Assembly (NCBI GenBank): GCA_938033205.1
Contig: CALHJP010000001.1
Location: forward strand, 73,978 to 137,977
DNA from: an uncultured Collinsella sp.
GTDB taxonomy: Bacteria; Actinomycetota; Coriobacteriia; Coriobacteriales; Coriobacteriaceae
DNA: 64,000 bases
Reading direction: 5' to 3'
Positions 10,487 through 19,679 of this stretch are shown piece by piece; position 1 is the first letter of the stretch, and each line of letters starts with the position of its first letter. The notes beneath the pieces are model-generated. The model was not told where the DNA came from. It worked only from the letters and a program-made list of their open reading frames with translations, and made no database searches. A program made the translations under genes and the position numbers.

Positions 10487-11296
10487 ATGCTGCAGGTCAT
10501 CATTTCGCCCGCCAAACAGATGCGCGCGGCCCAAGATGCTTTTGAAGCCCTGGGCATTCCACCTTTTGTGCACGAGACGGCTCGCCTCCACCGCGCACTG
10601 CTAAATATCGAGCGGAATGAAGGCAGCGGCGGCCTGCAGGCGCTATGGAACGTGAGTGACAAACTGCTGGGGCCTTGCCTCAACACCCTGCATGAATTCG
10701 GGCCCATCCTGAAAAACGGCGATCTCGACAATCCCGCACTCGCCCGTCACCTCTCCCCTGCCGTCATGTCCTATCACGGCATTCAATACCAGAGCATGGC
10801 ACCCGAGGTGATGGATTTCGCGCAGCTCGCATGGCTGCAAGACCATCTGTGGATCCTCTCGGGCCTTTACGGATGCGTACGCCCCTTCCACGGCGTGTCG
10901 CCCTATCGGCTCGAAATGGGGGCGAAGCTTGCCGTCGACGATGCCCGAGACCTCTACGCGTTTTGGGGCGACAAACTCGCACGGGTCATCGCTCCGGCGG
11001 GCTCCAACGCTACGATCGTCAACCTTGCCAGCGTAGAGTATGCCAAAACCGTTCTGCCCCACCTCGCGGGCGACGCCACGGCCGTCACATGCCTCTTTGG
11101 CGAGGGTATCCGCAACGGGAAGCCCATCCAACGGTCGACCGCCAGCAAAAAGGCGCGCGGCTCCATGGTGCGGTGGATGGCAGAAAACAAGCTCGAGGAT
11201 GCAAGCGAACTTACCGCATTCAACATCGGCTATCGTCACATCCCCGAGCTTTCAGACAAAAACACCCTGGTTTTCATGAACGCGCAGGCACAATAG
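10487..11296 (+). CDS. yaaA: YaaA/UPF0246 family protein (peroxide-stress protein YaaA, DUF328)
   Basis: MLQVIISPAKQM... and overall similarity to YaaA; RBS GGAGAG upstream. Confidence 0.8.
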   Translation: MLQVIISPAKQMRAAQDAFEALGIPPFVHETARLHRALLNIERNEGSGGLQALWNVSDKLLGPCLNTLHEFGPILKNGDLDNPALARHLSPAVMSYHGIQYQSMAPEVMDFAQLAWLQDHLWILSGLYGCVRPFHGVSPYRLEMGAKLAVDDARDLYAFWGDKLARVIAPAGSNATIVNLASVEYAKTVLPHLAGDATAVTCLFGEGIRNGKPIQRSTASKKARGSMVRWMAENKLEDASELTAFNIGYRHIPELSDKNTLVFMNAQAQ

Positions 11297-11322
11297 GCCC
11301 GCCGTTTCCAAACACTCCGTTA

Positions 11323-11841
11323 CTCCGCCAAGCCATCGGCCTTTGCAATCCCGTTTGTCGAACCGTCCTGATAGACAATCTTGACGTGCTCAACCTCGGA
11401 CACCGCAACACCCGTCGGAGGCTCCAGACGCCATTCCGTCAGGACGATATCCATGGTCGTGGGCACATCTCCTTGATCTTTGAGCTTCACCGTGAGCGTT
11501 TTGAGCGCCGCGTCAAACGTCACGCGTTCGATTTCTTCACCTGGAATGGACCCACCACTCAGCTGCAACTGCACAAACTCATCGCGCGGGTACCAATAAT
11601 CGCCCGGAACGGCGAGCGTATTGGCATTACCGCCAGTACTCCTCACCGTCATAATCGGTAGGCTATCATCAGCCTCGAACTCCCACGCAGCGCCGCCGCG
11701 ACCGCCGAACGTCCAAATACAAAAGGCAATCACCAACACGGCAAGCACCGCAAAACCAATCGCGACAAGGCCATGGTGCGCACGGCTTTCCTCGGCCGAT
11801 ACATCCCATTGTGTCTCTCGATATAGATGCTTGTCTTCCAT
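11323..11841 (-). CDS. Hypothetical single-pass membrane protein
   Basis: 173-aa tail of the long antisense ORF; a clear transmembrane segment (LVAIGFAVLAVLVIAFCIWTF) followed by a soluble domain. Codon-by-codon reading of the DNA confirms the frame and the ATG at 11841. Confidence 0.45.
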
Positions 11842-11909
11842 GTACGCCTCCCCACAGGCACGCTCGTTAGGCCAATCGTACCCATTCGAGCTATACTTGA
11901 GCCCATTAC

Positions 11910-12010
11910 ATAAACGGGGAGCTTGCAGGACAAGACGGCAGGCTGAGACTGGGCGCGCCCGCCCTGACCCGCAAACCTGATATGGGTAATGCCAACGAAG
12001 GGAGCCGTGC
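11910..12010 (+). ncRNA. TPP riboswitch (THI element) controlling thiC
   Basis: AAACGGGGAGC...GGCTGAGAC...CCCTGACCCGCAAACCTGATATGGGTAATGCCAACGAAGGGAGCCGTG matches the conserved THI-box core (CUGAGA, ACCUGAUCUGGAUAAUGCCAGCGNAGGGA); the 3' end overlaps the thiC RBS. Confidence 0.85.
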
Positions 12011-12012
12011 CA

Positions 12013-13347
12013 ATGAGCACACAGACCGAGCCCAAGCTCGTCACGCAAATCGACTTCGCCCGCGCCGGGCAGATCACGCCGCAGATGAAGGAAGTCGCCG
12101 AGCGCGAGCATCGCGACCCCGAGTACATCCGCGAGCGCGTGGCCGACGGCCGCATCGCCATTCCCGCCAACATCGTGCACATCAAAAAAGGCATGCGCGC
12201 CTTTGGTGTCGGCGAGGGCCTGTCTACTAAGGTCAACGTCAACCTGGGCATCTCGGGCGATAAAGCCGATGCCGCCGAGGAATGGAAGAAGGTCAAGATC
12301 GCCGAGGACTTTGGCGCCGACGCCATCATGGACCTTTCCAACTCGGGCAAGACGCGCCAGTTCCGCCAGCAGCTCATCGACGAGACGCCGCTCATGGTGG
12401 GCACCGTCCCCATGTACGACGCCATCGGCTACATGGAAAAGCCGCTGGTCAAGCTTACCAAGGATGACCTGTTCGAGGTCGTGCGCGCGCACGCCGAGGA
12501 CGGCGTGGACTTTATGACCATCCACTGCGGCATCAACAAGTCGGTCACCAAGACCTTTAAGGAGACCGGCCGCTTGATGAACATCGTGAGCCGCGGCGGC
12601 TCGCTGCTGTTTGGCTGGATGGAGGTCACCGGCAACGAAAACCCCTTCTACGAGTACTTTGACGAGCTGCTCGAGATCTGCCACGAGTACGACGTGACGA
12701 TTTCGCTCGGCGACTCCTGCCGCCCGGGCTGCCTCTACGACTCCAACGACGCCACCGAGACCGCTGAGATGATCGAGCTGGGCAAGCTGTGCAAGCGCGC
12801 TTGGGCTGCCGGCGTCCAGGTCATGGTCGAGGGTCCGGGTCACATGGCGCTCGACGAGATCGCCGCCAACATGAAACTGCAGAAGCGCCTGTGCCACAAT
12901 GCCCCGTTCTATGTGCTCGGGCCGCTGGTGACCGATATCGGCGTGGGTTACGACCACATCACCGCTGCCATCGGCGGCGCCATCTCCGCCAGCTCCGGTG
13001 CCAACTTCCTGTGCTACGTGACGCCGGCCGAGCACCTGTGCCTGCCCAACGCCCAGGACGTGCTCGATGGCCTCATGGCCACCAAGATCGCCGCACACGC
13101 CGCCGACATCGCCAAGAAGGTACCCCACGCCCGCGACATGGACGACAAGATGGGCCAGGCACGCCGCAAGCTCGACTGGGGCTCCATGTGGAAGTGCGCG
13201 CTCGACCCGGTCACCGGCAAGAAGCGCTACGAGGAATCCCCCGCCGCCACCGAGGGCACCTGCACCATGTGTGGCAAGATGTGCGCCGTCCGCACCGTTA
13301 ACAAGGTGTTCGAAGGCACGACGATCGACCTCGGCATGGAGGACTAA
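12013..13347 (+). CDS. thiC: Phosphomethylpyrimidine synthase
   Basis: MSTQTEPKLVTQIDFARAGQITPQMK... with the C-terminal CxxCxxxxC motif (CTMCGKMC); RBS GAAGGGAG. Confidence 0.95.
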   Translation: MSTQTEPKLVTQIDFARAGQITPQMKEVAEREHRDPEYIRERVADGRIAIPANIVHIKKGMRAFGVGEGLSTKVNVNLGISGDKADAAEEWKKVKIAEDFGADAIMDLSNSGKTRQFRQQLIDETPLMVGTVPMYDAIGYMEKPLVKLTKDDLFEVVRAHAEDGVDFMTIHCGINKSVTKTFKETGRLMNIVSRGGSLLFGWMEVTGNENPFYEYFDELLEICHEYDVTISLGDSCRPGCLYDSNDATETAEMIELGKLCKRAWAAGVQVMVEGPGHMALDEIAANMKLQKRLCHNAPFYVLGPLVTDIGVGYDHITAAIGGAISASSGANFLCYVTPAEHLCLPNAQDVLDGLMATKIAAHAADIAKKVPHARDMDDKMGQARRKLDWGSMWKCALDPVTGKKRYEESPAATEGTCTMCGKMCAVRTVNKVFEGTTIDLGMED

Positions 13348-13525
13348 CTCGTCACCGGAGCCACAATCGGTAACATGGTGTTCGTCAATTGTTGACGTGT
13401 GAACATTTGCTTACATTTGCGTAAAGATTGCATCGCCCGCCCGGGTTCGACATAGAGTCGGCCCGGGCATCTTTATAATGCTGGCTTAAAGACCCATTTG
13501 ATTCCGACCGAACAAGGGAGCAAAC

Positions 13526-14356
13526 ATGGATCGCAGTAAGGTACCTGCCGTTCTATCCATCGCAGGATCCGATTCCAGCGGTGGCGCCGGCATTCAGGCC
13601 GACATCAAGACCATCACGGCGCACCGCCTGTATGCCGAGACGGCCATCACGGCCATCACCGCACAGAACACCCTGGGCGTCACCGCCGTGCAGGACATCT
13701 CCCCCGATATTGTCGCGGCGCAGATCGATGCCGTCTTTGACGATATCCGCCCCAACGCCGTCAAAATCGGCATGGTCTCCTCTGCCGAGATTATCGAGGT
13801 TATCGCCGACCGCCTGAGCGACTGGAACGCGACAAACGTGGTAGTCGACCCCGTTATGGTAGCCACCTCGGGCGCTCGCCTCATTGCCGAGGATGCGGCC
13901 GAGGCGCTCACGCGTCGCCTGTTCCCGTTGGCGACCGTCATCACGCCCAATATTCCCGAGGCCATGGCGCTGCTCGATTACGAAGTCGATTCCGAGCGCA
14001 CGCAGCAAAATGCCGCCATGCTTCTCACCCGCCGCTTTGGATGCGCGTCCCTCGTTAAGGGCGGGCATTTTGTCAACGAGGCCAACGATGTATTGGCCGA
14101 ACCCGCGCCACTCGATAACGAAGGCAACCATATGGGCGATCCGCTCACCACGTGGTTCCGCCACAAGCGCATCGAGACCGGCAACACGCATGGCACCGGC
14201 TGCACGCTTTCATCCGCCATCGCCTGCGCATTGGCGCAGGGCATGGATCTTGCCGACGCCGTCAACGCCGGCAAGGCCTACCTAACGGGCGCTCTCGCCG
14301 CCGGCCTGAACATGGGCAAAGGCTCCGGCCCTGTCAACCACATGTGGCAGTACTAA
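13526..14356 (+). CDS. thiD: Hydroxymethylpyrimidine/phosphomethylpyrimidine kinase
   Basis: VLSIAGSDSSGGAGIQADIKT...GTGCTLSSAIA is the ThiD/PdxK ribokinase-like signature. Confidence 0.9.
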   Translation: MDRSKVPAVLSIAGSDSSGGAGIQADIKTITAHRLYAETAITAITAQNTLGVTAVQDISPDIVAAQIDAVFDDIRPNAVKIGMVSSAEIIEVIADRLSDWNATNVVVDPVMVATSGARLIAEDAAEALTRRLFPLATVITPNIPEAMALLDYEVDSERTQQNAAMLLTRRFGCASLVKGGHFVNEANDVLAEPAPLDNEGNHMGDPLTTWFRHKRIETGNTHGTGCTLSSAIACALAQGMDLADAVNAGKAYLTGALAAGLNMGKGSGPVNHMWQY

Positions 14357-14399
14357 ATAGCCAGTAACCTGCCAAAAAGAGACAGGCTACCTTGCACCA

Positions 14400-14470
14400 A
14401 AAACCGTCGCAACATTCGATGAAAATCGTGCAAACGCGAAAAATCATTAAATGTTGCGACGGTTTGATTT
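14400..14470. terminator. Long-stem hairpin between convergent thiD and pentapeptide-repeat gene
   Basis: Perfect 16-bp inverted repeat AAACCGTCGCAACATT/AATGTTGCGACGGTTT with a 33-nt loop, followed by GATTTT. Confidence 0.5.
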
Positions 14471-14501
14471 TAGATAGCGGTCGAGCAAAGGACCAGAGCG
14501 C

Positions 14502-15113
14502 CTATTCGTCGGCGAGTTGAATTCCCAACAAACCCGAGAGTGCCAGCGCCTGCTCGGCATTGACCGTCAAGCCACGCAACTCATGGTAATCGCCCGAAAC
14601 AACGGGCGCTGCAAATGTACAGCGCGACACATCAACGCCGGAAAGCGACGTCTTGAACACATCAACACGCGTCAGGTCACAGCCATCCAGGCGTATCTGA
14701 CCCAGCTTGGCACCCTGAAACGCAGCCTCTCTCAGACGTGTATCGCATGCTGTCATAGGGCCAATGCGTCCCTCCGAAAGGTTCGCATAGCTCAAATCGC
14801 ACGATCCAAACGACACGCTCGACAGGCGCGCCTTGAGCAAGTTGAGTCCCGGTGCCGAGCAGTCAACGAAGTCGCAGCGGCTGAGCCAGCAGCCTTCCAT
14901 GTTGCAGCGGATAAAGCGGCAACCGCGAAACACCACGTCGCGAAACGTCGAGCCGCTCCAGTCAACGCTATCGAACTCGCAAGATCGGAACACAACGCCA
15001 TCGAAGGTCGCGCCGTTCGCCACGTCGTAGGCAAGATCCAAATCCTCAAAAGCGGTATTGGAGACGAGCTCATCGCCCTCGGCAAAGAGGTCGATGAGCT
15101 CGTCCATGCCCAT
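14502..15113 (-). CDS. Pentapeptide-repeat protein
   Basis: Tandem A(D/N)LxX-type pentapeptide repeats (…SCEFDSVDWSGSTFRDVVFRGCRFIRCNMEGCWLSRCDFVDCSAPGLNLLKARLSSVSFGSCDLSYANLSEG…); start taken at MGMDEL to avoid overlap with the upstream gene. Confidence 0.7.
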   Translation of the reverse strand: MGMDELIDLFAEGDELVSNTAFEDLDLAYDVANGATFDGVVFRSCEFDSVDWSGSTFRDVVFRGCRFIRCNMEGCWLSRCDFVDCSAPGLNLLKARLSSVSFGSCDLSYANLSEGRIGPMTACDTRLREAAFQGAKLGQIRLDGCDLTRVDVFKTSLSGVDVSRCTFAAPVVSGDYHELRGLTVNAEQALALSGLLGIQLADE

Positions 15114-15192
15114 ATGGCAGCCAATCCGTTCGTTTACCCGGGCAAAACCACCGCAAAGGTGCCTGTCCCCTTTGCGGTGGCTTGGGGTCGCG

Positions 15193-15852
15193 CTACTCAC
15201 CGAGCATCTCTTGGAGCTTGGCTGCCACGGCATGTCCCAAGCTCTCGTGGCTTTCGGGCATCATATGCAGATAGTCGATATCGCCCGGCTCGGCAAACTC
15301 GGCGGCATTCAAAAAGTCGCAGCCAAACTGCTCGGCCACGTGCGCATAGTACTCGCCAAAAAGCTCAGATGCCTCAACGGAATGCTCGTCAAAGTCGGTC
15401 ATATACACATCGGCGATCTGCGGCTTGATCTTGATAGGAGCCATCAGCAGGATGCGCGGGCAAGGCGCAGCGTCGGTCCACGGAAACGCGCGGACGGCGC
15501 GAATCAGCGCCATGGCGCCACGGGCGATATCGGAAGCTGTCACGTTAAAGACCGTCTTACAGTCGTTGGTGCCCAGCATGATCACAATGGCGTCCAGCGG
15601 CTTATGGGCCTCGAGCAGCATCGGAAGCGCGCGAATACCGTTGAGGTTAGTGTCCAGATGGCACATGTCGTCGCGTACCGTCGTGCGGCCGTTGAGGCCT
15701 TCTTCAATTACATGCCAGCCCTCGCCTAAGTCACGTTGGACCACGCCACACCAGCGCACATCCTGCGCATAGCGCACCGCGGTACCGTCGCGCATGCCCG
15801 CCGGATCGTAACCATAGGTGTTGCTGTCACCAAAGCATAGAACGTTTTTCAT
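15193..15852 (-). CDS. SGNH/GDSL-family hydrolase (arylesterase-like)
   Basis: MKNVLCFGDSNTYGYD (GDS block I), ...IMLGTNDC (block III), and a C-terminal DxxH-like region; RBS GGGAGC. Confidence 0.75.
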   Translation of the reverse strand: MKNVLCFGDSNTYGYDPAGMRDGTAVRYAQDVRWCGVVQRDLGEGWHVIEEGLNGRTTVRDDMCHLDTNLNGIRALPMLLEAHKPLDAIVIMLGTNDCKTVFNVTASDIARGAMALIRAVRAFPWTDAAPCPRILLMAPIKIKPQIADVYMTDFDEHSVEASELFGEYYAHVAEQFGCDFLNAAEFAEPGDIDYLHMMPESHESLGHAVAAKLQEMLGE

Positions 15853-15870
15853 CGTAAGCTCCCCACTCAA

Positions 15871-15901
15871 TAAAAAGCCGACGGGAGCAGCCCCCGTCGG
15901 C
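15871..15901 (-). terminator. Intrinsic terminator after the PARG-like gene
   Basis: 9-bp stem GCCGACGGG/CCCGTCGGC; on the minus strand it is followed by UUUUUAUUG. Confidence 0.65.
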
Positions 15902-15927
15902 TCGGTATATCGCATCACGCGCACCGT

Positions 15928-17058
15928 TTACAGGTACTTGCGCCAGTCGTCGTCATCCTCGTCATCCTCGGCAGCGGCCTGAGCCTGCTCGGCGGCACGG
16001 GCGGCTGCGGTGCGGGCGGCAACCTGAGCATAGGACTCCTCGTTGCGCTCGGGGAAGTTTGCCAGCACGTGCTCGAACTTGGCGAAGTCCTCGTCCCAGC
16101 GCGTAGAGGGCACGGCAAAGAAGACCTGCTTGACCTTGAAGTCGCCCGACGCGAGCTCCTTGCGGAAGAGCTCGGCCACGGCCTCGGCATCAAAGCCGTT
16201 GTTGTCGCAGCCCCAAGCACCCAGCACGAGCTTCTCGCGACCAAGCTCATCGCAGATGGCGAGCACAAAGCGAATGCGGTCGCGCAGGGCATCCAGCAGA
16301 GCATCGTCGCTCACGCGATACTCCTGGCGGGCGCGCCTAACGTTGGGCGCGGCGGCCACGATCACGTCGGCGTATGCATGCACGTGGTTGCGGTCGAAGC
16401 GCACCGCAGGCACCACCAGGGCGCGGTTACGATAGAGCTCGCAGTTGATGTTGCGGCGACGGTTCTCGCCGTACCACTTACGCTGCTTATCGAGAACGTT
16501 GTACAGATACGAATCGGCGCACAGCGTGGCCTCCTGGCCCAGATAACCCTGAATATATCCACCGCCCGGATTGGTAAACGAGGCAAAGGCGAGCACTGCC
16601 ATGTCGCAGAACTGCGCATAGCCACGGCCGTTGTCCAGAATGGCCTGCGTGGCGGAGGCATCAAGCACGGTGACCTCGGGCAGGGTCGGAGCGGGCTCCT
16701 CGGCAGGCGCGGACTCGGTCTCTGCGGGTTCCTCGGCAGGCGCAGACTCGTCCGTGACCTCGGTCTCGACGGACGCAACCTCAGCGGCCTCGACCTCGGC
16801 GGACTCAGACTCCTCGGCAACCGGCTCCTCGGCAGCCGCAGCCGCTTGGGCCTTGGCCTTCATCGCCGCGACAAAGCCGGCAGGCATGCCGTCAAACTCG
16901 CGAGCACCAGCAAGCGAACGCTCGATATCCTTGGCGCAGGCCTCGGACACAGTCATCACATGGCGCTCGGCGGCCTTGGCACGAGCCTCGCGCTTGGGAT
17001 TGGGCTGACCCGCTCGGTTGGACCTGCGGTTACGGTTCCTGTTGTCGACGTCTGCCAT
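15928..17058 (-). CDS. PARG-like macrodomain protein (TIGR02452/DUF2263 family) with N-terminal acidic low-complexity region
   Basis: Core ...LAFASFTNPGGGYIQGYLGQEATLCADSYLY... and ...VLGAWGCDNNGF... resemble the microbial PARG-like macro fold; the N-terminal 140 aa are Ala/Glu/Pro-rich repeats; RBS GAAAGGTGA. Confidence 0.65.
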   Translation of the reverse strand: MADVDNRNRNRRSNRAGQPNPKREARAKAAERHVMTVSEACAKDIERSLAGAREFDGMPAGFVAAMKAKAQAAAAAEEPVAEESESAEVEAAEVASVETEVTDESAPAEEPAETESAPAEEPAPTLPEVTVLDASATQAILDNGRGYAQFCDMAVLAFASFTNPGGGYIQGYLGQEATLCADSYLYNVLDKQRKWYGENRRRNINCELYRNRALVVPAVRFDRNHVHAYADVIVAAAPNVRRARQEYRVSDDALLDALRDRIRFVLAICDELGREKLVLGAWGCDNNGFDAEAVAELFRKELASGDFKVKQVFFAVPSTRWDEDFAKFEHVLANFPERNEESYAQVAARTAAARAAEQAQAAAEDDEDDDDWRKYL

Positions 17059-17122
17059 ACGTGGTCACCTTTCCTGTCGCTGCCGCTATCGGCTTTTCCC
17101 ATCCATGATACCCCGCCGCGCA

Positions 17123-17150
17123 CAAAAAAGACGGCCCCGAAGGACCGCCT
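17123..17150 (-). terminator. Intrinsic terminator after the BI-1 family gene
   Basis: Minus-strand RNA GGCGGUCCUUCGGGGCCGUC forms an 8-bp stem (with G-U pairs) around a UUCG tetraloop, then UUUUUUGUG. Confidence 0.55.
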
Positions 17151-17198
17151 TTCGCATCGTTTTACCGCGTCCGACAAGAAACGCTGCAATCCCCCGCG

Positions 17199-17894
17199 CT
17201 AGTCGCGACGACCGAGGATGTTCAGGATGCGCAGGAACACGTTGATAATGTCCACGAACAGATTGGACGCCATGAGCACCGCATTGGGCAGCGTGGGCGG
17301 CACCGTCGTGGCAACATAGGTGTCGTAGCCAATAAAGCCGGCGAACACCACGATCACGATCAGGTCGGTGATGGTCTGCGAGACGCCCATGAACATCAGC
17401 ACGATCTCAACCAGAATAGTGGCGAGCAGAATGCCAAAGCCGATGCCATATACGCGCTGGAAAAACTTGGGGAACGTCACGCCCAAGGCGCCAAAGACAA
17501 AGGTGATGGCGGCCGTGGCGATAAAGGCAGTGTTGATGGTGGGCAGGTCGTAGTTGGCAAGGCCAAACGACGCGGTCAGGCCGAAGGTACTCGCAAAGAT
17601 TACGTAGCCCACAAGGGACAGACCCACGGACTGCTTGCCCGCAGCAGCCGACATCATGACCATGCCGACGATGGTTAAAATAAACGAGCCAAAGACCAGT
17701 GGCAGGGCGGCGCCGCTCATCATCATGCGCGCAAACGACATGGTGCTCGTAAAGTAGGCGCCGGCACCCATGGCGCAAAAGCCCAAGAAGATCAGGGCAG
17801 ATATGGCGAGATTGTACGCGCGCGGCGACATCTCCTTGGCGCGACTTGCGCCGGTCTCGACGGGGCCGTTCTGATAGCCCTGAATATCGTTCAT
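17199..17894 (-). CDS. Bax inhibitor-1/YccA family membrane protein
   Basis: Seven predicted transmembrane segments, typical BI-1 length and composition; ATG at 17894 confirmed in the sequence. Confidence 0.8.
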   Translation of the reverse strand: MNDIQGYQNGPVETGASRAKEMSPRAYNLAISALIFLGFCAMGAGAYFTSTMSFARMMMSGAALPLVFGSFILTIVGMVMMSAAAGKQSVGLSLVGYVIFASTFGLTASFGLANYDLPTINTAFIATAAITFVFGALGVTFPKFFQRVYGIGFGILLATILVEIVLMFMGVSQTITDLIVIVVFAGFIGYDTYVATTVPPTLPNAVLMASNLFVDIINVFLRILNILGRRD

Positions 17895-17976
17895 GCTTCG
17901 TCCTTTCAAAAAGCGCCACGACAGCGCAGCAGGTGACAAGATTCCTGCCATTGTACCCGAACGCCGTGCGTCCTTA

Positions 17977-18312
17977 CCTACGGCGCTCGCCCTCAAGCGT
18001 ACGATCAAACGCCCAAACCCACCAACGCATCACGTGTGCCTGCGAGCCGTCCGCCCGCTCGCGCGTCTGGTCCTCCAGATACAACTCGGTCGCGTGCCCG
18101 CCAAAACGCACCTTATAGGTTGCCGTACGAATGCCGTGAACCGTCAGGCCAAACCCAGTGGTCGAGACAATCTCGTCAATCGTAAAGCAACGACCGTCGA
18201 CCCAGCAGACGGTGACCGGCACGACCTGTCCGCCCGCGAGGATGCGAGCCACGACGTCCACATACTGCTTGTGCACGCGCCGAGTTTTGCCATCTGTCTG
18301 TCGATATTCCAT
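17977..18312 (-). CDS. Hypothetical small protein
   Basis: ORF from MEYRQTDGKTRRVHKQYVDVVARILAGGQVVPVTVCWVDGRCFTIDEI...; no confident family assignment. Confidence 0.35.
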
Positions 18313-18562
18313 GCCTCCTATTATCGAACGCATGTTTGCATGTTGTAAAGCGAACAGGTTGTGGTTTTGGGGTGTTGGGGCGCGCGCACGTGTCCTCATG
18401 GTGTGTTAGCAAAAAGAACACCCACGGTCAACAGGGCTAATATTCATTTTTAGCGCCAAAAAATTCACTGCTCCCATCAGAACTCGGTAAAGAAACCCGC
18501 AGGAGGTGATACGATTTATCATGTTTCTGTAACGTGCCTGCAAACTTCGAGAAAGCCCATAT

Positions 18563-19612
18563 ATGGACGTAACGTTCTCAACCTTCCTCGGCCAACTTGT
18601 GTCGAACCCAGTCCTTGCCGTCACCGTGATCCTCGCGCTCGGCGCCATCTTCGTCAATGGATGGACCGACGCACCCAACGCCATCGCGACCTGCGTCACT
18701 ACGCGTTGCATGCCCGCCCGCGCCGCTATTCTCATGAGTGCCGCATTCAACTTCCTTGGCGTGCTCATCATGACGCACTTTAACGCGAGCGTCGCCAACA
18801 CCATCTCCCATATTGTCGACTTTGGCGGAAACAGCACCATGGCGCTCGCCTGTCTGTGCGCGGCGCTGTTCTCCATCGTCGTCTACGGCGCCACAGCGTC
18901 GCGTTTTGGCATCCCCACCTCGCAAAGCCACAGCCTTATCGCCGGCCTGACCGGTGCCGCCATCGCCCTCGGCGGTGCGAGCAGCGTCAACGTCCACGAG
19001 TGGATGAAGGTCATCTACGGCCTGGCGCTCTCCATCGGTCTGGGCTTTGTCATGGGCTGGGTCCTGTGCAAGCTCGTCTCGATTCTTTTCGCCGCCGCCA
19101 ACAGGCGACGTGCCAATGTCTTCTTTAAATACGCTCAGATCGCGAGCGCTGCGGCCATGAGCTTTATGCACGGCGCGCAGGATGGACAGAAGTTCATCGG
19201 CGTGCTCTTTTTAGGCGTGGCCTTTGCCAGCGGCCAGACGAGCGTCGGCGATGCCGGCATCCCCATCTGGATTATGCTGCTATGCTCGGCCACCATGGGC
19301 ATCGGCACCAGCGTGGGCGGCGAGCGCATCATCAAGTCCGTTGGCCAGAGCATGGTCAAGCTCGAAAAGTACCAGGGCTTCTCCGCCGACCTGGCGGGCG
19401 CCGCGAACCTGCTGCTTGCCACCCTTACCGGCATCCCCGTGTCCTCCACGCACATCAAGACCTGCGCCATCATGGGCGTCGGTGCCGTCAAACGCCTCTC
19501 GGCCATCAACTTCGGCGTCGTCAAGGACATGATGTTCACCTGGTTCTTCACCTTCCCCGCCTGCGGACTCATCAGCTTTGTCATGGCCAAGCTGTTCATG
19601 ATGTTCATCTAG
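18563..19612 (+). CDS. pitA: Inorganic phosphate transporter, PiT family
   Basis: Two PiT signature repeats (GWTDAPNAIATCV..., ...MHGAQDGQKFIGV...) and multiple transmembrane segments. Confidence 0.9.
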   Translation: MDVTFSTFLGQLVSNPVLAVTVILALGAIFVNGWTDAPNAIATCVTTRCMPARAAILMSAAFNFLGVLIMTHFNASVANTISHIVDFGGNSTMALACLCAALFSIVVYGATASRFGIPTSQSHSLIAGLTGAAIALGGASSVNVHEWMKVIYGLALSIGLGFVMGWVLCKLVSILFAAANRRRANVFFKYAQIASAAAMSFMHGAQDGQKFIGVLFLGVAFASGQTSVGDAGIPIWIMLLCSATMGIGTSVGGERIIKSVGQSMVKLEKYQGFSADLAGAANLLLATLTGIPVSSTHIKTCAIMGVGAVKRLSAINFGVVKDMMFTWFFTFPACGLISFVMAKLFMMFI

Positions 19613-19679
19613 TCAAACCGAACGTCCATCCGGACCGTAACACCTCGCCCACCCGTCTTCGCCTCGAAAGGACCCACTC

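Noticed and set aside
11320-13128. 602-aa ORF on the minus strand spanning thiC
   Set aside because: It is antisense to a confidently identified thiC and its composition is low-complexity (G/A/V/D-rich), typical of high-GC antisense frames. Only the 3'-terminal 173 codons (11323-11841), which lie outside thiC and encode a transmembrane segment, were kept as a separate gene.
13348-13525. A second TPP riboswitch in front of thiD
   Set aside because: No CUGAGA/THI-box core is present. The region instead contains a GC hairpin (GCCCGGG...CCCGGGC) that is probably an attenuating structure, or nothing functional.
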